Assembly: GCA_965660195.1 (NCBI GenBank)
Contig: CBFHZM010000001.1
Coordinates: forward strand, 9,096-73,095
DNA: 64,000 bases
Reading direction: 5' to 3'
Origin: Alphaproteobacteria bacterium
GTDB taxonomy: Bacteria > Pseudomonadota > Alphaproteobacteria > RS24
The stretch's first letter is position 1. Each line of letters opens with the position of its first letter. A model generated the notes under the pieces. That model was not told where the DNA came from and searched no databases. It saw only the letters and a list, made by a program, of their open reading frames with translations. This document shows positions 60,284-64,000 of the stretch, one piece after another. Position numbers and translations under genes: made by a program.

Positions 60284-63200
60284 ATGCAACCTAAATTTAT
60301 CCATTTGCGCGTTCATAGCCCCTATTCTCTACTTGAGGGGGCTATTCGTTTTGAGGCGCTCGTTGAGGCGTGCAAAAAATATTACATGCCCGCTGTGGCG
60401 GTTGCGGATCGCAATAATGTCTTTGGCGCACTTGAAGCGGCGGAGACCTTATCGAAAATCGGCGTTCAGTCGATTACCGGCGTCACTTTGAGACTCTATG
60501 AGGCGGATGCTGAGCTGGGCGATGTCGCGCTGTATGCGCAGAACGAGACGGGTTATCTGAATTTAATGGCTTTGTGTAGCCGCGTTTACGACAATGAGCA
60601 TAATCAGTCGGGCGTTCAGGTTAGCGATCTCGAAGCGCTCCACGAGGGTGTTATTTGTTTAACGGGCGGTCCTGAGGGGCCGATCAATAAAATTCTCCGG
60701 AATGGCAATGTTGCGCAAGCGCGGAAACTATTGCAGCGCCTGCAGACTTGTTTTGCCGATCGCCTCTATGTCGAGCTGCAGCGCTATGCTGGGTTTGAGC
60801 CGCCAATAGTTGAAGAGGGGTTGATTGATCTGGCTTACGCTATGGCCATTCCGCTGGTTGCTACTAATCAAAGTTTCTTTATGCATGGTAGTGATTTTCG
60901 CGCGCATGATGCTCTAATTTGCATTGCTGAGGGCGCCTATGTTGATCAAACTGATCGACGGCAATATACAGAAGACCATCGCCTGAAATCACCCGAAGAG
61001 ATGGTCACACTGTTCGCCGATTTGCCAGAGGCGGTGGCTAATACGATCGAAATTGCACAGCGCTGTGCCTATCGCCCAACCAATCGCGATCCGATTTTGC
61101 CGGCTTTTCCATGCGCCGATGAGGCCGCTGAGTTGACCCGTCAGGCGCAGGATGGCTTGGCAGCGCGTCTGGCAGCGCACCCGCCCGCAGTCGCGGAAGA
61201 TCTTTACCACGAGCGACTGGCCTTTGAATTGGATACAATCGTTAAAATGGGCTTCCCTGGCTATTTTCTGATCGTTGCTGATTTCATTAAATGGGCCAAG
61301 GAACAAGGGATTGCTGTAGGTCCAGGGCGTGGGTCGGGCGCTGGATCTTTGGTCGCTTGGGCGCTCACCATCACCGATCTTGATCCGCTTCGTTTCAATT
61401 TGCTGTTTGAACGATTCTTAAACCCCGAGCGCGTGTCGATGCCGGATTTCGATATTGATTTCTGTCAATCGCGGCGCGACGAAGTGATCTCTTACGTGCA
61501 GAAAAAATATGGTCGTCAGCAGGTCGCGCAAATTATCACCTTTGGTAAATTGCAAGCCCGCGCCGTATTGCGCGATGTTGGCCGCGTTTTGCAAATGCCG
61601 TATTCGCAAGTCGATCGTTTGTGCAAATTGGTACCCAACAATCCCGCCAACCCTGTTACCTTGCCAGAGGCTATTGATATTGAGCCACGTTTAAAGGACG
61701 CAATCGCGCACGAGGCCGGCGTCGAGGAGTTGGTCGATATTAGCTTGCGGCTCGAGGGGCTTTATCGTCACGCGTCAACCCACGCGGCGGGCTTAGTGAT
61801 TGGCGACCGGCCTCTAACCGAGCTTGTGGCGTTATACCGAGACCCTAAATCCGATATGCCGGTCACGCAATTTAACATGAAATGGGTAGAAAAAGCGGGG
61901 CTGGTGAAATTTGACTTCCTCGGGTTGAAAACATTGACGGTGATTGAAAAAGCGATCGAGCTTTTACAGCTTCGCGCCGTTGACGTTGATATTGACAGCA
62001 TTCCGTTGGATGACCCCAAGACCTTTGAGCTGTTGGGGCAGGGCGATACAGTCGGTGTGTTTCAGCTCGAAAGCGCCGGTATGCGGGATACGCTGAAACG
62101 CATGAAGCCTGACACACTGGAAGATATTATCGCTCTGGTGGCGCTGTATCGCCCGGGGCCGATGGAGAATATTCCGCGCTATATCAGTTGTAAAAAGGGT
62201 GAGGAGAAACCGGATTATTTACACGCCAGCTTGCAACCAATTCTTGAGGAAACTTATGGCGTGATGATTTATCAAGAGCAGGTGATGCAGATCGCCCAGA
62301 CCCTCTCGGGATATTCGCTCGGCGAGGCTGATTTGTTACGCCGGGCGATGGGGAAGAAGATCCAAGCTGAGATGGACGCACAAAAAGCACGGTTCATTGA
62401 GGGCGCCGAGGCGAGAGGGGTCGATACCCAAAACGCGAGCTCGATATTTGATCAGGTTAATAGCTTCGCTGGCTATGGTTTTAACAAAAGTCATGCCGCT
62501 GCCTATGCGCTCATTGCCTATCAGACGGCTCACTTAAAAGCCAATTATCCAGAAGCTTTTTTGGCAGCGTCGATGTCTTTGGACGCAGATAATACAGACA
62601 AATTGCAAGTCTTTAAACGTGATGCTGAAAAGCGCGGGATTACAGTTTTGCCACCCGATGTTAATGCGTCAGAGGTACAGTTTTCCATTGAGGACGGGTG
62701 CATCCGTTATGCATTGGCCGCTATTCGCAATGTTGGATCGCAAGCAATGCAACTGCTGGTTGAAGAACGTAAGGCCAATGGAGCGTTTAAAGATATATTT
62801 GATTTCGCCCGTCGCGGCAGTGTGTTTGGTCTCAATCGTCGTATGTTGCAACATTTGATTGCTGCAGGAGCGCTGGATTGTCTCGAGCCGGATCGCGCCC
62901 GTGCGAGCGCTGGCGAAAAAATGATTATTGGTGAAACCAGCCAAGCCGAAAATGAACGACGGACGCAGCAAGAGAATTTATTTGGTGAGGCTGATTTCGC
63001 CGCAAGCCTGTCCTTGCCGATGGTCGACCCATGGTCGCAGTTGCAACGCCTCGAACGCGAGCGCGAGTCGATCGGCTTTTATCTGTCCGGACACCCGCTG
63101 GATGAATATGCTCGCGCCATTAAGCGTGTCGGCGTCGTCCGTCATGTTGATATTGAAAAAATTACGGCCCGCGAGGTTTTGCTAGCCGGGACAATATTAA

Positions 63201-63652
63201 AGATCGACGAACGATCGGGGGATAATCCATTTGCCTTTATCACTTTGTCGGATCCCGACGGGCACTATGAAATTGCTCTTTACTCTGAAGCCCTAAGAGC
63301 GTCGCGCGATCTTTTGGTTGTGGGCACTTCGGTGATTGCCACGGTACGGATCACTCGACGGGAAGAGGATATTCGTCTCTCGGGTCAGGTCTTGCGTTCG
63401 ATCGATGACGTCGTGGCAGGCGCAGGGGCGGGCTTGCGCATTTATGTTGACGCCCCGCAGGCGCTCCCCAGTTTAGCAACGCATCTTGATGGGGTGAGCC
63501 AAGCCAATGGGCGCGGGGGTAAAATTTCTATGATTTTGATGGGTGAGCAGCATGAGGTTGAAATTCATCTGCCACGGGCCTATATGGTGACACCGAAACT
63601 GACAGGCGCCCTCAAAGCCGTGCGCGGCGTCATCCAAATCGAAGAGATTTAG
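60284..63652 (+). CDS. dnaE: DNA polymerase III subunit alpha
   Basis: PHP domain start FIHLRVHSPYSLLEGA, polymerase core (GPGRGSGAGSLVAW, PDFDIDF), an OB-fold and a C-terminal tail. The ATG at 60284 is preferred over the TTG at 60272. Confidence 0.93.
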   Translation: MQPKFIHLRVHSPYSLLEGAIRFEALVEACKKYYMPAVAVADRNNVFGALEAAETLSKIGVQSITGVTLRLYEADAELGDVALYAQNETGYLNLMALCSRVYDNEHNQSGVQVSDLEALHEGVICLTGGPEGPINKILRNGNVAQARKLLQRLQTCFADRLYVELQRYAGFEPPIVEEGLIDLAYAMAIPLVATNQSFFMHGSDFRAHDALICIAEGAYVDQTDRRQYTEDHRLKSPEEMVTLFADLPEAVANTIEIAQRCAYRPTNRDPILPAFPCADEAAELTRQAQDGLAARLAAHPPAVAEDLYHERLAFELDTIVKMGFPGYFLIVADFIKWAKEQGIAVGPGRGSGAGSLVAWALTITDLDPLRFNLLFERFLNPERVSMPDFDIDFCQSRRDEVISYVQKKYGRQQVAQIITFGKLQARAVLRDVGRVLQMPYSQVDRLCKLVPNNPANPVTLPEAIDIEPRLKDAIAHEAGVEELVDISLRLEGLYRHASTHAAGLVIGDRPLTELVALYRDPKSDMPVTQFNMKWVEKAGLVKFDFLGLKTLTVIEKAIELLQLRAVDVDIDSIPLDDPKTFELLGQGDTVGVFQLESAGMRDTLKRMKPDTLEDIIALVALYRPGPMENIPRYISCKKGEEKPDYLHASLQPILEETYGVMIYQEQVMQIAQTLSGYSLGEADLLRRAMGKKIQAEMDAQKARFIEGAEARGVDTQNASSIFDQVNSFAGYGFNKSHAAAYALIAYQTAHLKANYPEAFLAASMSLDADNTDKLQVFKRDAEKRGITVLPPDVNASEVQFSIEDGCIRYALAAIRNVGSQAMQLLVEERKANGAFKDIFDFARRGSVFGLNRRMLQHLIAAGALDCLEPDRARASAGEKMIIGETSQAENERRTQQENLFGEADFAASLSLPMVDPWSQLQRLERERESIGFYLSGHPLDEYARAIKRVGVVRHVDIEKITAREVLLAGTILKIDERSGDNPFAFITLSDPDGHYEIALYSEALRASRDLLVVGTSVIATVRITRREEDIRLSGQVLRSIDDVVAGAGAGLRIYVDAPQALPSLATHLDGVSQANGRGGKISMILMGEQHEVEIHLPRAYMVTPKLTGALKAVRGVIQIEEI

Positions 63653-63817
63653 TGCCGCGAAAAAGCTTGCTCTTTTACCGAGTTTTGACTACAACCAGCG
63701 CATTACTCACGCAGAGATCGACCGTTTCCGGTCACTCCCGTGTTTGTCTAAGCCCTCTCAGTTTAGACAAATAACCCTCTGCGGCGGATTAACTGGAGAA
63801 ACAGGAAGGATAGTTCA

Positions 63818-64000
63818 ATGGCTCTCCCAGATATTTCTATGCGTCAGTTGCTTGAGGCTGGCGTTCACTTTGGTCACCAAACACAACGCTGGAATCCCAA
63901 AATGGCGCCTTATATTTTTGGCGACCGCAACGGTATCCACATTCTCGATTTGTCGAAAACAGTTCCGCTTCTTCACCAAGCCTTGGTGACGATCGAAGCC
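63818..64000 (+). CDS. rpsB: 30S ribosomal protein S2, N-terminal 61 codons (runs off window end)
   Basis: My own translation gives [48 protein letters not shown]... The SD AGGAAGGA lies 7 nt upstream. The gene is not in the ORF track because it has no stop codon inside the window. Confidence 0.92.
   Translation, partial: MALPDISMRQLLEAGVHFGHQTQRWNPKMAPYIFGDRNGIHILDLSKTVPLLHQALVTIEA

Noticed and set aside
60207-60491. 94-aa ORF overlapping the dnaE start in another frame.
   Set aside because: It is a shadow ORF across the well-supported dnaE N-terminus and the upstream hairpin, with no independent signals.
60284-63652. SOS-regulated error-prone DnaE2 rather than replicative DnaE.
   Set aside because: There are no imuA or imuB genes upstream. 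The conserved lolD-dnaE-rpsB housekeeping context and the full-length PHP/core/OB architecture indicate the replicative alpha subunit.

Overview
This window is a densely packed core-chromosome segment of an alphaproteobacterium. The gene order (tig-clpP-clpX-lon-hupB-tRNAs-nuoA..N-birA-rnj-mce-DUF1467-proS-lolE-lolD-dnaE) is typical of Hyphomicrobiales/Rhizobiales. GC looks moderate by eye and was not computed. I call about 60 protein genes, nearly all recognisable housekeeping functions. In order they are: clpA 3' end, HIT, DUF482/FemAB-like, ridA, a DUF3572-HAD-dinB unit, rpmG, NUDIX and DUF983. A long minus-strand block follows (ruvX-pyrB-pyrC-plsY-dprA-topA-rnr), then gatCAB, enoyl-CoA hydratase and aldehyde dehydrogenase, a DEAD-box helicase, parE, an OYE-type flavin oxidoreductase and glnB-glnA. 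Next come a non-canonical thiolase-fold protein with a histidine phosphatase, tRNA-Leu(UAG), tig, clpP, clpX, lon, hupB, tRNA-Val(UAC) and tRNA-Asp(GUC). The window ends with an uninterrupted 14-gene nuoA-N operon, birA, RNase J, mce, DUF1467, proS, lolE, lolD, dnaE and the start of rpsB, which is missing from the ORF track. I saw no transposase, integrase, phage, CRISPR, toxin-antitoxin or defence-type genes. I therefore do not claim a large novel multi-gene system here. The signals worth a second look are small. (1) An alphaproteobacterial LexA box inside a TTGACA promoter sits upstream of an unannotated 33-codon single-TM micro-ORF in front of dnaE, a SidA-like candidate. (2) A promoter-plus-terminator pair on the minus strand between DUF1467 and proS suggests a ~110-nt sRNA. 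(3) A perfect 27-bp AT-rich palindrome lies in the glnB/thiolase divergent region. (4) A 3x 10-bp tandem repeat upstream of parE has an 11-mer copy just downstream of parE. (5) A CTTG..CACCACAT motif is shared upstream of clpP and lon. All coordinates and motifs were read by eye; no database search or folding computation was run.
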